A DNA stretch of 64,000 nt from Lytechinus pictus (GCF_037042905.1 NC_087252.1:26538001-26602000), one strand, 5' to 3'; counted from the first letter of the stretch, positions 1-15,027 are shown. Translations and numbers: made by a program. The notes: generated by a model not told the origin, from the sequence alone.

Positions 1-265
1 TAAAAAAAAAAATTAATTCCTACCCTGGGTCAATTAAATGACCCTAGATGACCTGAACTTGAGGTCAAGTTCAAGAGAATATCTTTTTCCCATCTGTTGC
101 AGTTGGGTGGTCACTGAGTACATGTAAACATCAGGTTTTTATGTACTTAAAATGAATTCAATTTCAACCTAGGTTTTAAAATCCTTTCACATCTTCACGA
201 TTAAAAAAAAAACACCTACTCATATCCGGCCAGTTAATGAAGGTCTAACAGTACATGTCCATGAA

Positions 266-462
266 GGAGGCGCGATAGCTCAGTCGGTAGAGCGGGGGAC
301 TCGTATTCCGGTGACCCAGGTTCGATTCCCACTTGGTGCGCTAGTGCCCTTTGGTAAGGCATTAATCCTCAGTACCAGGTCCTTCGGAGGGGACCTTAAG
401 CCGTCGGTCCTCTGGTTGCTTGCTTACAAGCATTCATGCTTTCTTAGCAATCAGGTAAAAAA
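266..462 (+). mobile_element. tRNA-derived SINE
   Basis: Pol III A box (TAGCTCAGTCGG) and B box (GGTTCGATTCC), then a non-tRNA body and an A-rich tail; no acceptor stem. A fragment of the same element lies reversed at ~51005-51040. Confidence 0.85.
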
Positions 463-1891
463 ATCACCACCAATCAAAACCAAAGTTTAAGATTTCATTA
501 GTTTTTTGGAAGTGTGTTCTTGCTGACAGTTCTTATAAAAATATTTGCAAATCATTGTATTAAAGCAAGGATGGAGAATATTGAATAACCCCCCCCCCCC
601 CAAAAAAAAAAAAAAACATAATGTCTCCAAATGTTGGCAACGTCTAGTATTGTTTTATTAATTTAGAAGTGCAAGAAAACGGGGCAAGGGCAAAAAATAC
701 AAATTGTAGCACAAGTGTATTCTGGGAATCTGGGATTGTCTTTTTTAATACATAGGTGTCTTGTACAGGCTCCCCCCTGCTACGATCTCGCCCGCCGGCC
801 ATCTTTTGATCCCACAAGCCTTTACAAACGGTGGGAAAATGGAAAGTGACATTTGGAGGCATAAATCCATTCTCTAACACGAGGAGAAGTGGGAGAGGTG
901 ATCTAGATTATTTTCCACTCTTCTTCATTTTGTCTCTTTTTTCCCACCATAACCTGGTGCGCTGGGAGGTATTGTGTGGGAATATCACCACTTGAACCCA
1001 AACAAATTGATGGAATTTGAGAAATGCAAGCGTCTCCTCCTATATTGTTTCTCATAATTTGGTACATGTAGGTGAAAATACACACAGACGCAATCACATA
1101 TGTTGGAATGGGTAGCAAAATGATTGTTTTGACAGCCGAGGTGATGGTTATGTTGAAAAATCACCAACTGAACACAGCTTGTTGACATAATATATGTTCT
1201 AAACCTGCCTCCCATCAAAACCTTTTTCCCAAGAAAGAAAGAATTGAAAATTTAAAAGATAAGTTTACAAAAGTTTTAATATAAAAAACACTTAATATAG
1301 TCTCTTACCTCATTTTGCTCCCATTCCAAAACATGATGCCTCAAGTATATTCCCCAAAATATGAAATAAATAATATGATTCAATTTTTTTTGCCTCATGT
1401 CGCTTTGCCCCCTTCCCCATGCATGGCCTTTCATTTCTTTGTTCCAATGGAGGTGATTTCGAAGAATGGCATGCCAAAAATGGCATCTCTACAATTCTAC
1501 TTTCGTTTTCAAAACCACATCGGAGTATCTGCCAGGCTGTTCCAACAAAGGGGACAATGACATCTGGCACGGGCAAAGCAAAGAAAAAGAGGGGCTACTT
1601 TAATATTGCACAATTTTATGACTATGGAATGATACTGTAGATGCAGATTGGTATTAATAATACATGGACATGTATTAAAATCAAAGATAATCGAACAGAC
1701 AATCGAGGAACTAGAGGCCTAAACTGTACAGTCAGTGTGTAGTTTGTAACTTAATTTTATGGAAAATTGATAATTTAAATTTGTGGAAAATACAAGTAGA
1801 GTGGAGAAATTGCATTCACACATTTCCAACTTTAAACTAACTGAAGCTTGAAATGATTTTCAGTGAACACTTTGATTTATTTTTCAATTAA

Positions 1892-2286
1892 AGAGAAATT
1901 CCAGTAGTTGCAGTAAACACTGATTTCATGAGAAAGTCTGTAAAACCAGGCTTAATTGTCAGTATATCATCGAGGATCTAGATCTGGTACAGTTACATAA
2001 ACTGAACTTTGTGAAATATTGAAATCTACGCTGAAAAATGTTCAGACTGAACTTCCCCAACACAGATAAGCGCACGTGGGACAGTGTATAATTATTGCTT
2101 TGAGCGTCGGGCCCGACGCTCTACCCGAATCCTGTGCTTATTTGCTGATTTCTCCGCAATTACACAATTTCTTCCAGAATCCTTTGGCACATGCGTTTTA
2201 TTTATACAAACAGACACTTTGGTGGTCATTTCATTGGATTCTGTACGAACTCATTTTGATATCGTTACCAAAACTAGCATTTACCT
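1892..2286. mobile_element. TTAA-flanked Kolobok-like non-autonomous element
   Basis: ttaa|AGAGAAATTCCAGT...ACTAGCATTTACCT|ttaa; homologous copies at 51299-51688 and 52987-53570. Confidence 0.75.
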
Positions 2287-3659
2287 TTAAATGTAGACAG
2301 ATTGCTAGCAAACCTTTAACCCCCCCCCCCCCAAACATTTGCGACTTCATGACAAATTTCTTCAGAGCGCTCATGGGACACAGAGGCCTGATAAAGTCAC
2401 ATGACTATTATTAAGCATCACATAAAATTCAATCTCTCAGTCGATGGGTCACATGACAATTTGGTCATGTGATAAACAAAACACATACCATAACAGCAGT
2501 CACATGACCAAATTCATCACATCAGTTTCCTTTTACAATACTCAGTCAATGGTATACAATCTTGCTCTCGAAGATGACAGAAGGCCCAACATTTTTTTTC
2601 CCAAAAAATTTTCTAGACAAAAATCATTCTATATGAGAAAGCAAAAATCTCACCCCTCCCACCCCAACATGTCGTGATGTATCACGCACAAACAACGGTA
2701 CATCTACAGTTTTCAGACAGAAGCTTCTTATGCTATAAGAGTTTTCAAATTTCAACAATCCACTTTGAGATGACAAATTCACAAATGATTTTTTGAAAAT
2801 GCTCAAAAGCTACCCTCATATTCAGAAACATATGGTTTTCCAGAAATTATGACTATGTAACCCATCCCCCTCCCACGCATTCTGCGTTCCCAATCCAAAT
2901 CACTACACATGATATATCCCCCTTTGTTGATATTGATTTCTAAATAAAAATAGGGTGTCGGTTTCCCAGAAATAATCAGGATTCTGCAAAAAAAGGTCCA
3001 TCTGTTCAAATATGCAGTCATGATTCAATACATTTGGCAATTTATTTTTATTATAATCACGACAGTTGACGATTCATTTATATTCCGCACATCGTGGGAA
3101 ATTGACAGGATATTGATTTATAATTTCACATTAGAGACCTTTCAGTGTGTTTTATAGGGCAAGGACACTTTTCTAGGTTTCATGACGTTGCTCCGGCGAC
3201 AATTGCTCCGCTCTAAATTCAACACACTAATCGAATTACAAACTTCAACCCTGGGTTTAACACTATACCCTACCCTCTCGGATCCTAAACCTAACATAAA
3301 ACCCTATTGCATCCCTAACCCTAACTCGACATTTCATCTTAGACAAAATAAAGCCCAGAGCAATTGTCGCAGAGGCGAATATTGTGTCACCACAATTCTA
3401 AGCACATTTCTTTTACATCACATATGGGAAAATGAAAAAAGGGTAAAAAAATTTCCACGGCCAATGATAGGGGCATTTTGAGGCCTACAAATACTGTCAC
3501 AACGAAGAGAATTCCTATTTCTTCCTATACCATGTCTATTCTATATTCTTTTCTTTTTGATACTTTTTGAAACTGATTGATAGAATTTCCAACAAGGCCT
3601 TTCTCTTTAAATTTGAGTAGATCCTTTTCAGAGTGTAAGCTCATGGCAGAGAGATTCAG

Positions 3660-3942
3660 GGCCCCGTTTTACAAAGAGTTACGATCGATCCAATCAATCA
3701 TAACTCTAAAATCCATCAGTGTCATAATTTCTTCTACAGGAAATTTGTAAAATGTCCTTTAAACAAAGGAGAAAACACCAAATTGTCAAGAAATCAATGA
3801 ATTTATGGATATACAACCTGTACGTTCATATCTAGAATTCTAGAATTTTTTTTGGACAAACAAGCATTTTATATGTTGACATTGCTGGCCGTTCATAGTT
3901 GCGATTGATCAGATCAATTGCAACTCTTTGTAAGACGGGGCC
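3660..3942. mobile_element. PIF/Harbinger-like MITE (GGCCCCGTCTTACAAAGAG TIRs), CAG TSD
   Basis: Long TIRs and a 3-bp CWG TSD; the same family occurs at 9035, 47529, 48493, 53227 and 56039. Confidence 0.85.
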
Positions 3943-6900
3943 CAGGTTTCAACACAACTCAGAAAATCAACTGCGAGTACACATGTATCAAATGCACAGA
4001 TCTCATCTGATGGGTTGAAATGTCAGTTGCGATTGATTTGGGGCATTGCGTTTGATTGCATCTCTTTCTGCAACACGCCCCGTATCATCATACCCTGATG
4101 AGTACCATACCATCGTCATCAAATTCCAAAAGCTATCAAAGGGGTGAAGAGTTACACCCCTGAGCTGAACAAGAGCCCAATTACTCAGACCCTCAACTCT
4201 TTGTTTTCTTTATGTCTGGTAACATCTTTATTTCCTTGTTACTTCAGGAGAGCATTATTCATGAAACGAATCGTTGGTCATTTTATTGTGCTCTGAGCCA
4301 ATCAGATGCAAGGATTTCAGTAGCTTCTAACAAAAAGTGAAAATTGCTATTATTTCATGACATGCTACCCAGGAAGAGGTTCTTACTCCAAAATTACATC
4401 CACATGTACAGTACATTACTTGTTTGGTCTGATGACATTCCTCGGTTTCTTTCAAAACAAAGGAAGCGTTTCGTGAGGCATCTCGTCAATGGTTTCCACT
4501 GGCTTTTTAAACACGTATATGTATTTGTTCTGAGCCAATCAGATGCAAGGATTTCAGTAGCTTATAACAGTTGTCACCGACTATTCGTTTCATGAAATCC
4601 CCCCCCCCCCTTCCCCTTCTTTAGAACACTGCACGTAGGGGGTGTGATTTCACCTCTGGACATGCAGTAGCCACACTCAAAACCCTTTTTCCCCTTCCAT
4701 ATTGTCTCTATTTTCTTCCCTAGTAATGCCACTGAAGGTGTCCTTTGCATATTTTTCCACCAAACACCCAACTATCTCCCCTCATTCTTCAGATGGTCTG
4801 CATACATGTACATGTACGTCCACACAGAGGGGTGTAAAGTTGCACCCCTTTGCAGTATCGGAGACCCTCCTCGACTCCTTGAACTCTGTCCGCCGAAATC
4901 GTGTTACTGTACCTTGTTGCACTTTCCTGCACAACGCACATAATATTCCTTCCCTGTTCCACAATCATCTATTCATTATCCCATTCCCAATGTACACCAA
5001 ACATGGGCACACCACTACCAGTACACCAAAAGTTAGAGGGGTGTAGAGTTACACCCCTCCAGTCCAGCGGATCCCTGAAAAGCTCTTTGTTTTCTCTCTG
5101 TCTGGCAGTGTTTTATTTCCTTGTCACACCTGCATACCATACTACACAGGTGAGCACCTATTTTTAGCTCGAGGGATCTCAACAGTCGCTGGGGTCAATC
5201 CATTATTTCCATTATTTCTGCTGCTTGGGGATGGGATGGGGGGTGCAGCTTGCATCAAAGTGCACAGTTTTACCCCCTCCCCCCCCCCTCCAATTCAAAC
5301 TGGGAATTTTCAAAGTGCAGGAGATGTTTCACAAGCTTTGCGTCGCTTCCAGATTCCCACTTCATCATTCATCATTCAAATGACAAGTCAAAATAGAGCA
5401 TTTTCTTGGCATACAAAAGGCCGCCCTTATAACAATTGGGGGCTACTAGATGTAGTCTACCTTGCATAATTATGGCAATTTTCCCCAGTTTATTAAAGGA
5501 TTCAAAGAAAAAATAAAGTTTTGTCACTACATACAATAAAACAACATCTGAAACCTTTATAATACAGGTTTGAGTTGCGGTCCAGAGGATAACCTCTGAA
5601 CGTGAAAAATAAGGTCTATGGTTCAAAGGTTTCTATAGGCAAGACATTAATCTCTATTCATTACACTACACACAGGAGAGGTAAAAAGGGGCACCTAGAA
5701 AAAAGGCAGCAGTTGTGCTAAAGCACGGATGATAATGACACATTACAAAATATGGATTATGGAGAAAATTAGTGCTCATCGAAAGATCATAAAAATCAGT
5801 CAATTCCCTTTGTTGTCTGTAATCAAAATTACGCTTTACTTCTTTTATGATGCTCAAATCTCTAATAATGTTGAGTATCCTTTTTAATGGTTTTTTATGC
5901 CAGACAGATAAATTATCAAATCTGCACTACAGAAAATAAATGTCATAAAATTCTTCCCTTATGCAGGCCTCTGGCAGAAATGTTTCCTTCCCAAAGAAAA
6001 TTATCACCCAACAAAGAAAAGTCGTTTCAATGAAAATCATCTCGCCAGAAAGGAATGTGATTGCCAAATGTGCTAATGTTCTACATGATACAACCCCAAT
6101 AATTATGACCCCCAAAAAAGGCAGCAATGCGTGAAATATTTTTTCTCCAAATCCGCAAATAATAATAACTTCATGATTTTTGTTGAATTCCAACAAAACA
6201 GATGATTTTCATAACAAATCTGGAACAGGAAGGAATGTTTTTGTTCAGTTCACACCCTCAAAGAGCGAAAGTCCCAGGTCCTCATACATGTAGTTGCAAA
6301 CAGAACCAAATCTAAAAAAAAAAGACCCAGACATGTTCTCATTTCTGAGGGGTCAAAGTTCAAATACATACTTCATCGTTGATGTCAAGTGAAGGGTTAT
6401 TATTATCAGGAGAGGTCCGTGAGTCATTCTTCGTGCAGGAATGTTCTTTTCACACATTCATGTCAATGTACATTTCATGGTTGTATTTCCTCAATCTATA
6501 GGGAAAAAGTACATGTATGCTATGGATATAACCAGTGCCCCCAAAACTCAAAATTATTGATCTTAAGTTTAATACAGACTTGCAACTGATTTCTACCAAA
6601 ACTCAAAATTATTGATCTTAAGTTTCAGACTTGCAACCGATGTCTACTACTGAGAGCACAAAATGCCATAATTGATATTTAAAACATCTATGGGCCTTCG
6701 ATCAATCACTGATATATTCCAAGGTAGAGTTAGAGGGTACTTGGTTTATATGCCCAAACTGACTAAAAATAATAAATACTAGCAGTTTGATATTCAAAAC
6801 TACACTCTTGTCTTGTGTTTTTCTTCATCTTTCAATATTGAAAAGTTGCCCCTTTTGCCCCGCATCAACGAAGCTAAAGGTATTGTATTCGCTTCTTTAA

Positions 6901-9034
6901 TATTTTTTTCTATCATTCTGCCGTCCCTTCTTTCATCAGACCTGCCAACTACCAGTGACGGCCATCCCTAAAAGTGTGATTCTTTCTCGCCATTTTCAAT
7001 TGCGTACCAGTCACAAAAAATACTTTACAGTTTACAAAGGGCAAGGTCCAAAACTGTTCGGACCTCTCCCACGCAAACTTTGAATAATGAATGGAACTAA
7101 TGTTATTCAGGCCCAAAAAGATCCTTGATGCGTCCCTCCGTTATTCATCTCCATGTCCCAGAAACTGATGGGATTATTGCAGCTCCGCTAACTTTTAGAA
7201 CCTTAATTCTATTATTCTACCATCAATACCACACCTTATCTGCAGTCATACATGTATAATACCAGGCCAGACATTTCTTTTTCGGGTCTGATTGGACTTA
7301 AGTTTATATGCTTGGCTGCCCAGTTTGAGCAACAGGTCGAAAAGGAATAAAAATTATTGTAGCATGGCTTTCTCTTTCTTTCCCAAAGACATTGTAATAA
7401 AAAAAGTTCCTCTATTTTAAGATTCATAAAAATGATAATTTCTCAGCTTGCAGTCGGAAATACTGACATTTAATATCTAATAAAAAATGCTATTAATAAG
7501 ATGAATTTTTGTCTGGTGTTGAAAAGATGGAAGTTTGACATTAAACATTGCTTTCCTACATGTACATGTATTTGGTAATTGACTGTACTGCTCTGATCGA
7601 ACAGAGGCTTGATATTAAAGATCAACAATTTAAAAAATGATTTATTCCATGTAAAAAGCTTGCACTGGTATTTTGACTATTTTCTGATTATGATTAAAAA
7701 CTCAAAATCAGAAAATTCAGAATTTTTTGGCAAAAGGGCAGATATGGAATCATCTAAAGATTTGAAATTGCTTGAAACTTTTATATCTTCATGTCGGGGA
7801 AAAAAATTCACACGGGCTTTATTAAGGGTGATTTCGCTCCCGAAATGCTAAATGAGCCATGGAAACTCAAATGGGAGCCTGGGAAGTCCCCAATCATTGC
7901 AATGTTTAAAGCTTATCCAATGTTGCAGAATTAGGTAGAACTTTATGTTGTGAAATGTAGTCCCCCCCCCCCAAAAAAAAATATATATATATACATGTAT
8001 ATATATATATATATTGCCTGCTTCATGTATAGATACAAATTGTCAATGTTAAAAGTACATGTACGAATTGTGATTGCGTACAGAGTACACAACACACACC
8101 TGCATTCAGGAAGCAAGCGTCAGTGCATTTTCTTTCGTTATCACGCCAATACATCAACGGTCATTAGTCTGTTTTTCTTTTGATTTTAGTGATAAGATTC
8201 ACCCATAAAATCACCACCATCAGTTACCGATAAGCTTCCATTTGCACGAGTCGGAAGCTCTCTTCTGCGCTCTATTCGGTGATTTCACCGCCGCGACTGA
8301 AATCAGTTCTTTACTATGACATCAACTGTGTCTCTTTTCTCATCAGACAAACTGGTTTTTATCAAGAGTATCAAATCAATTAACCTATATATCTCTTCAG
8401 CTTTGGAACTGTGTTCGTCAGCGATGATAGCAATCAAATGTGCTCACGGTGCGTCCTCAAATATGAAGTCTTCTTTAGAATTTAACCTTTGATTGACCCT
8501 TCATTAAAGGGGGGGAGTGTTTTGTGTCCAGAAAGAGCTATATTCACTCTCATCTCTTTTCTCTCTCTTTTTCTCATAATAATAAATAATACATTATATT
8601 CAAAGGGTAAAGGGTGTTGTTTTCACCAAAGCATTTGAGGGAAAAGGTACCGGTAATAATCTCTTCTCATACAAACACCTACAAATTGCATACATTTATT
8701 TCAAATCTGGGTATTCAAGTACGGTGTATGCATGGAATCTCATACAAATTTTGAAGTAGGCCTACACTGTCTTACAAAACCGAAGAATGAACAGTGTTTC
8801 AAATTTAAATTTCTCTTTTGCCAAAAAAGACCAGTATTAACCCTAAACTTAAAGTCAGACAATGAAAGAAAACCCCAAGCATACATGTATATGATGGAGT
8901 TCGAAGAGTTTTTATATTAAAGATCACAAGGTGCTAAAATATTTAAATACAAAGTACAGTATAAAAGAACCACACAATTTATATACATGTATCAAAATCA
9001 CTCAAAACCACACCACTTTAAATGTTTAAACCTG

Positions 9035-9305
9035 GGCCCCGTCTCACAAAGAGTTATGATTGATCCAATCAATCGTAACTCTATGGAAATCCATCAGTGC
9101 CATAATTTTTTCTACTGGAAATTTGCAAAATATCCTTTGTAAACAAAGGAAAACACACCAAATTGTCAAGAAATAAATGACTTTATGAATATGCAATCAT
9201 ATCAATAAAATTTTTTGAACAAACATGCATTTTATATGTTGACTTTGCTGGCTTTCCATAGTTGCAATTGATCGGATCAATCGTAAATCTTTGTAAGACG
9301 GGCCC
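9035..9305. mobile_element. PIF/Harbinger-like MITE, same family
   Basis: High identity to the 3660 copy, with intact TIRs. Confidence 0.85.
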
Positions 9306-10213
9306 CAGGTTATCCTATTTCAATACAAGAACAGTATTGAGGAATTTCGATGAAACTGTTTGGGAACGGTGGGGCCAACGGTTAGGGTAATGACAGAAAA
9401 TCTGGTGAAAAAAACTGTAATAAATAGCAATTAGATTATGAGTAGGATTTGCATTCAAAAGAGACTTTGCGAAATGGTATTTATGGAATCCAGCATGTAA
9501 AAATTAACAAGTGCAATGCACAAATGTTATGTCTAGAACATATGTAAATTGAACCGATGGTCGCCCGTACTGAACTTGAAGAAATAGGTATGCATGTGAT
9601 CACCAATATTGTTTTTCCCAACAATTTGGCTTTTTATTTCATAAACACTTGTTTGCAAAACTGTCTGGGAATGTGGCAGAATTGGTTGAAGTTTACAAAG
9701 ATGATTGATGCCCGACTCACGTCCACAATGGCTTGCTCTAATTGTCGTATAATGTACACATTTATAAATAGCAATTTACTGTAGAAATTAGAGCGTGACA
9801 ACCACAAATTACCCGCTGATTTTTAATGAGTTCTACAATTTTGATCACGTCGCCGATAGCAACATGTATTGCTAAATAGGGCTCATTTCCCATAAAATCT
9901 ATGCATTGTTTAAATGGCTTGCATTTTATCCAGCGATACTGAATGAAATTTGCATGGAAAAATATAATACAATATTCAAGTACCTCCGTTATTTCTATTG
10001 GAGTTTATGACATCAAAAAAAAGAAAATCTGTTCTTTCCATTCAAGCCATAATTTGTAATGAAATCAAAGCAATACTCGAAAGTACATTTAGACGGGGGG
10101 GGGGGGGGGTGTCATGGCTTTGTTGCCCCCCCCCCCTTGTGGTCGAGGCTGATCACATTCTGTCTAAAGAGCAAAGATCTCACTAAAATCGAGCAAACCC
10201 CACTGCACTCATA

Positions 10214-10464
10214 GATCCCTGTTACATCTGAAAGTTTCCTACCCGAGACCCGACCGAGTCCACTTGCAACCTTGACTGGATTATTGGTGGATTAGCCTCG
10301 CGAACGGACCAAGTCCGAAATGTGGTCTGTTTACATCACAGCGTCCATTCCCTCCCCTATCGGTACGGTTTCGAGCGGTATCCGATTGCTGACACCAAAG
10401 GGCGCTCTCGATCTAGGCCCCGGGCTGGCCCGAGGTAGGGAATCTCTCAGATGTAACAGTGGTC
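10214..10464. mobile_element. TIR MITE, 3-bp ATA TSD (Harbinger-like)
   Basis: GATCCCTGTTACATCTGA...TCAGATGTAACAGTGGTC. Confidence 0.7.
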
Positions 10465-11000
10465 ATACATGTGGTGCTCAATAGTTAGTGAACCCCACCA
10501 GAAAATGAACATATTTTATAAAGTGTTTAAGTCCTGCCAATGGATGTTTCATTGCGAAGTCTGGGGATGACATATAACATTCAACAAAGTTTGTTTCTCC
10601 GGGCGCGCCGCCGAACATTGAAGTGTTGTTGTCTACATTCAACGCTCGGCATGAAGTACATGTACTGCATTTCATGCGTGGGCTCTCAAGTTAACTTTCG
10701 AGCTAAAGTGTAGACTTCTTTTTTTCTACTATTATTATTCTTTCAAAATGAATGTAAATCATGCCGAAAGATCAAATTAAGTATTCAAATTTGCCACATA
10801 CTGACAGGCAATTCGTCATTGGTATTATTTGTTGTGAATATTGGAAATTATGCAAAACCAATGAAGTAACGCATGTCATACAGGCAACCTCCCTGTTTTG
10901 TTTGTTTGTTTTTCAAAACAAGTACATGTACTTTTCTTTCAAAATGAATTATAGGAATTTGTGATTGATGATATAAATAAATGAAATATTTGACACATAC

Positions 11001-11091
11001 CGACGGGCAGTTTGTCATTGTTGTTGTTGTGGTTTGGTTTCTTCGGGGTGGGGCTTGAGAGCTGGACAGTGGCGTCGTTGCATTGCACCAT
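11001..11091 (-). CDS. Candidate alternative first coding exon of the left gene (MVQCNDATVQLSSPTPKKPNHNNNNDKLPV-G)
   Basis: aacATGG Kozak context, 30 open codons, consensus donor TCG|gtatgt (phase 1), locally CpG-rich. No homology recognised. Confidence 0.5.
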
Positions 11092-11809
11092 GTTTTCGGT
11101 TTCTGACGGTTCCAAAACGAGCCAGCAATATCGGCCTGATATCATTGCTTACGACCTCCGATCAACTCGATACGTCGTGACGGAAGGTGGTTGAAAATGA
11201 TATTAAAAGAAGCGCGGAATATTATCCCTGCAGAGGTTGACTTCAATAATTGACTTTAAAGAAATTATATGGAAGACACTTTAGTTTGTTCATCAAGGCT
11301 TTAAAGTACTCCACGTTAATAGTTTACAGTGTAAAGGCATTTGTGGAATGAAGAGTCGTTGTTCGTTTAATGTACTTGACCTTGATTAACACTCTACATG
11401 TATAAAGAGTTCCTACAATTTCACACAGGAAATGAGAATGCATGATAACCGCAAAAGTAGATTTACTATATATCCATATTATCAATGATTGCTGAAAGCT
11501 GGCAGTCAAACTCCATATTTGCTTCAAGTTCATATGTCATCTGTACGCAACTTGTCCTTGAAAGCAAATGGCGTTCTTAGTACATGTATGTGAAATGACC
11601 ATTTCATTATTACATGTACATGTAAGTTGTGACCAGGTTTATCAATGATTCAATGGATAATCACAATTAAATGAACATATAATTGGACTTTGGTTCACTG
11701 CTACGGTACACCAAAGACAAACACTATCAGATGTGGATAGTTTTGTTGTCACACCCCAAAACGGATGAATGATGAATCCCACAATGAAATCTGATAAGGC
11801 TCATTGAAG

Positions 11810-13330
11810 TGGTCAAATAATCCAACATATGAAGCTTGTTCACAGAAACATGCGAAGCAGGGCATACATGTATGAACACAGCTTGTATTTTTAGACTTCA
11901 ACTGACTGGGCAGACGAGGGTGAATTCACACTGCAGTAATCCTGTCATTAATTCAACAGGTTCTGTTACAATTTTTTTTTGCATAATCAATTAAAACTGT
12001 ACTTTCAATCATCCTGGAGATTAAATCCATTGACAGGCAATACTGAAAGTTACCGCATAACAACTCGGTCAGACGGAGTAAAAGAACGTGATTAGCTCCA
12101 ATCAAATGCGATCAGCGAGTTTGGCATCAGGATGTTATGTCCGTCCATCAGCTGAGGCTCACAGAAGCGTTGGACCTAATTTGTCCGTGATTAATCCAGA
12201 CTGGCATGTTCTGATTATCCGTATCACGTTTATCAGGGTCACTCGGTGGTGGAGAAAGCGATCCGGGCACGGCGCGAGGAAAGTACGAGCCCGGATGACA
12301 TTGGGCAATATGCGGCAATCACCACCCAGGCTACCTCTCTATTAATGCACAGGAATACAGAATGAGAGATGATACAGCAACCATTGCAAGACGCGGCTCG
12401 TTAACTCCGATTTGAATTGTATTGCCCTCAAAATGCGATCCCCAACTCAGTCAGCAGGGTTCTGGCCATCATCTTCTAATGATACACACAGAGAATCCAA
12501 TTACCGGCTTGTATTTACTGTATTATTCCACAATACCTGCAAATGCAGGCATAACAAGCACTTGAGCGGTCCCTGCTAGCCGGCGTCGTCGTCGTCGAGC
12601 CTTACAGCCAAGCAGATACACAGATACCTCCCCGCACAGCCATCGCTTGTACACTTTTGTGATGAAAAGCTGGAGGGGGAAAACAGAGCGGGGAGAGAGA
12701 CAGAGAGTGGGCGTGCAGGCCGATGTTTACGTCCAGTTCGATATAATAGCTCAGGCTCTGCGAGAGGCTGCAAGCAAACTTTAGAAGCAACTCCAACTGT
12801 CTATCTAGCCAGCTATCATTGGGGGTTTGCTCCCTTTACCACTGTCCGTTGACAGTGCAATGCTGAATGCCCTTTCCTCGCTCACAATTGAAGGTCATTC
12901 TCGCCATGGCTTCAAATTGGATTAACTGGGAGGCTGTTGTTGTTAACACTTTTGATTCAATCCCGTGCTCCTCTTTCTCTATACATGTATCTCTCTCGCT
13001 CTCTTTCCAGACAAACCAAATCTGCCGGTAGGGCTTTTCCGAATGAAAACCATACTCTGAAGCAACGGTATGGCATCGGTTCAGAGGCCCCGTCTAGGGA
13101 GGTTGAAAGGTCGGACTGCAGTCTATGGTCTATCGTTACCAGGTAGATCCTGCAGTCACGGACAGTTCGAGGTGGTTAATCCCTCCCCACAGGAGCAGGA
13201 TGTAGCCACAGTTAATCCAATCAACCAGATTAGCTAATCTATTTAATAGACAACAGACACAACAAGGGCCGGATTAGTCTCCAGTTCCTGTCATCCCACG
13301 GGCGGTGTCACGTGACCGGGACGACGTCGA
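11810..13330. promoter_or_regulatory. Putative cis-regulatory module rich in TAATCC (K50 homeodomain/Otx-type) sites
   Basis: TAATCC/GGATTA at 11818, 11937, 12192, 12919, 13177, 13213 and 13271, plus GTCACGTGAC near 13306; no recognisable TE in the interval. Confidence 0.45.
12537..12780 (-). other. Candidate alternative first exon/promoter (ATGCCTGCATTTGCAG|gtattg, MPAFA-G, phase 1)
   Basis: CpG/GC-rich leader with pyrimidine tracts on the minus strand, and an ATG 16 nt before a CAG|gtattg donor. Other donors nearby make the boundary uncertain. Confidence 0.4.
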
Positions 13331-15027
13331 CAGACTATGAGAAACCATCAAACCTGGTTAATGAAATCAAATCGGATTTCCTCTCTCGAGAATTGGGACA
13401 ATTTTGACTGGAATCGGTTACTTTCCCTCTCAATTTCTTCCTGCAAACTGAACAGCATCCAGAATCCAACGCAGTAAAACAAAACAAAACCCAGCACTAT
13501 GTAGTTCCTTGTTTGCTCAAGACACCCACATGTGTTTTACGTCCCATAACCTATCCAGAAGACAGAAATAGCATGCGATGCCCTCAGTTTGGCTTTTAAT
13601 TGCTGCTAAATGCGTCAAAACAAGTCTAATTATAACCAGCCTTATCTTAAGAAGTCTACGTCGTCCAATCAATCAAATAAACACTGAATGTCTGACTCGT
13701 GGAAAAAAAAGATTATCATTCTCCGATCACGTCATTGTACATGTAAGTGAGCTAGTTTGCAGACTATCATTTATTAATGTCATGTATGAAATAAAGGATT
13801 ATGTGTCCGTTTTTTAGGTTTAAAAATTATTGTACACATAGCCTGACATGACGGGTAGACACGGGCAATGGGGGTGGGGTAGCCGGTTGGGGGGGGGCAA
13901 GGGGGAGCAGGGGTGATATTTTCTCAGAACCTTCCATAAACTCCATCAGTGAACTGTCCCCTTCCCTAATTATTGGGGGGGAGTATCATGGATACACTGT
14001 AGATGACAAAAAGATTCCCCCTTTTAATAGCTTTTTCAAATAAAGCCGATACCGCAAACATACATTGAGGTACAATGTACACAGTACTTCATGCTCGTGC
14101 TTGTACTTTTATACAGACGTGAATGCAGACTATTGTACAATTCCATTTTTCATTTGAATTCATCAATTGAATCAAATGACACATGCATTGTACATACTGT
14201 ACCACATGACAGAGAGAGAAAAATCTCCATGGTTGTCTTTTCTAATTTTTTTTAAACCACGCTTTAGAAAATGGGACCAAAGAGAGAAAGAGTGTCCGAT
14301 GATGATATTTAAGAAGCGACAGATAGGGCATCATAATATGCCCATAAGGGGAGCCATCCCCAATTTTTTCTTGGACATCTCCATTGTTCCAGACAGGGGT
14401 GGCCATCAACCTCCAGTCGGAGGGGCAGAGCTAATAGTTTATTGCCCTCAGCGTGTAATTGTCGCCCCCATGTGTACCTCGATTGCGCATTTCAGGGTGG
14501 ATGTTTACATTCTCAAAGCGACGTATTCCCTACATTTACAGGACTCGCTTGCCTCATGCTTTTAGCAACTGCGTGTGACTATGCTGCCAGTCTGCCACAC
14601 ACAGAAATGATCTAAAACCAACATACATGTACGCCGACGTCATTAATCTAGAAAATGTATTAATGTTCCACGCTGTAGGTTCATCAGGGTTGATTACATG
14701 CACACAAAAATGGATCGGCGATGATTATCAGAACATATAATACTTCCAGAAAGTATAATGATTCAGTTTGTTTGTTTATGTATAGTTTACTACATTGTTG
14801 TGATATACTGTATTTTTTTTACCAATTGATGTAAAGCCATTGGAAATCAAATTTCTTTGTACATGTACATGCATTGCATACAGTATATTGACCAATTCGA
14901 TCTTGAATCTTAAATAAACTGTTCATTCTAATGTACATTCATGTACATTCATTCATTCATGAGCCCCCCCCCCCCCCCTCCTGCTTACAAAGTGATACAA
15001 TGCCAGTCAGTATCAAAACCCATGACA

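Noticed and set aside
269..345. tRNA gene
   Set aside because: It has A and B boxes but no acceptor stem or poly-T terminator, and it continues into a SINE body. The same applies at 60135 and 33106.
5834..5926. Internal coding exon after a ttttctgtag acceptor on the minus strand
   Set aside because: It stops immediately in phase 1, and the open phase gives no recognisable protein.
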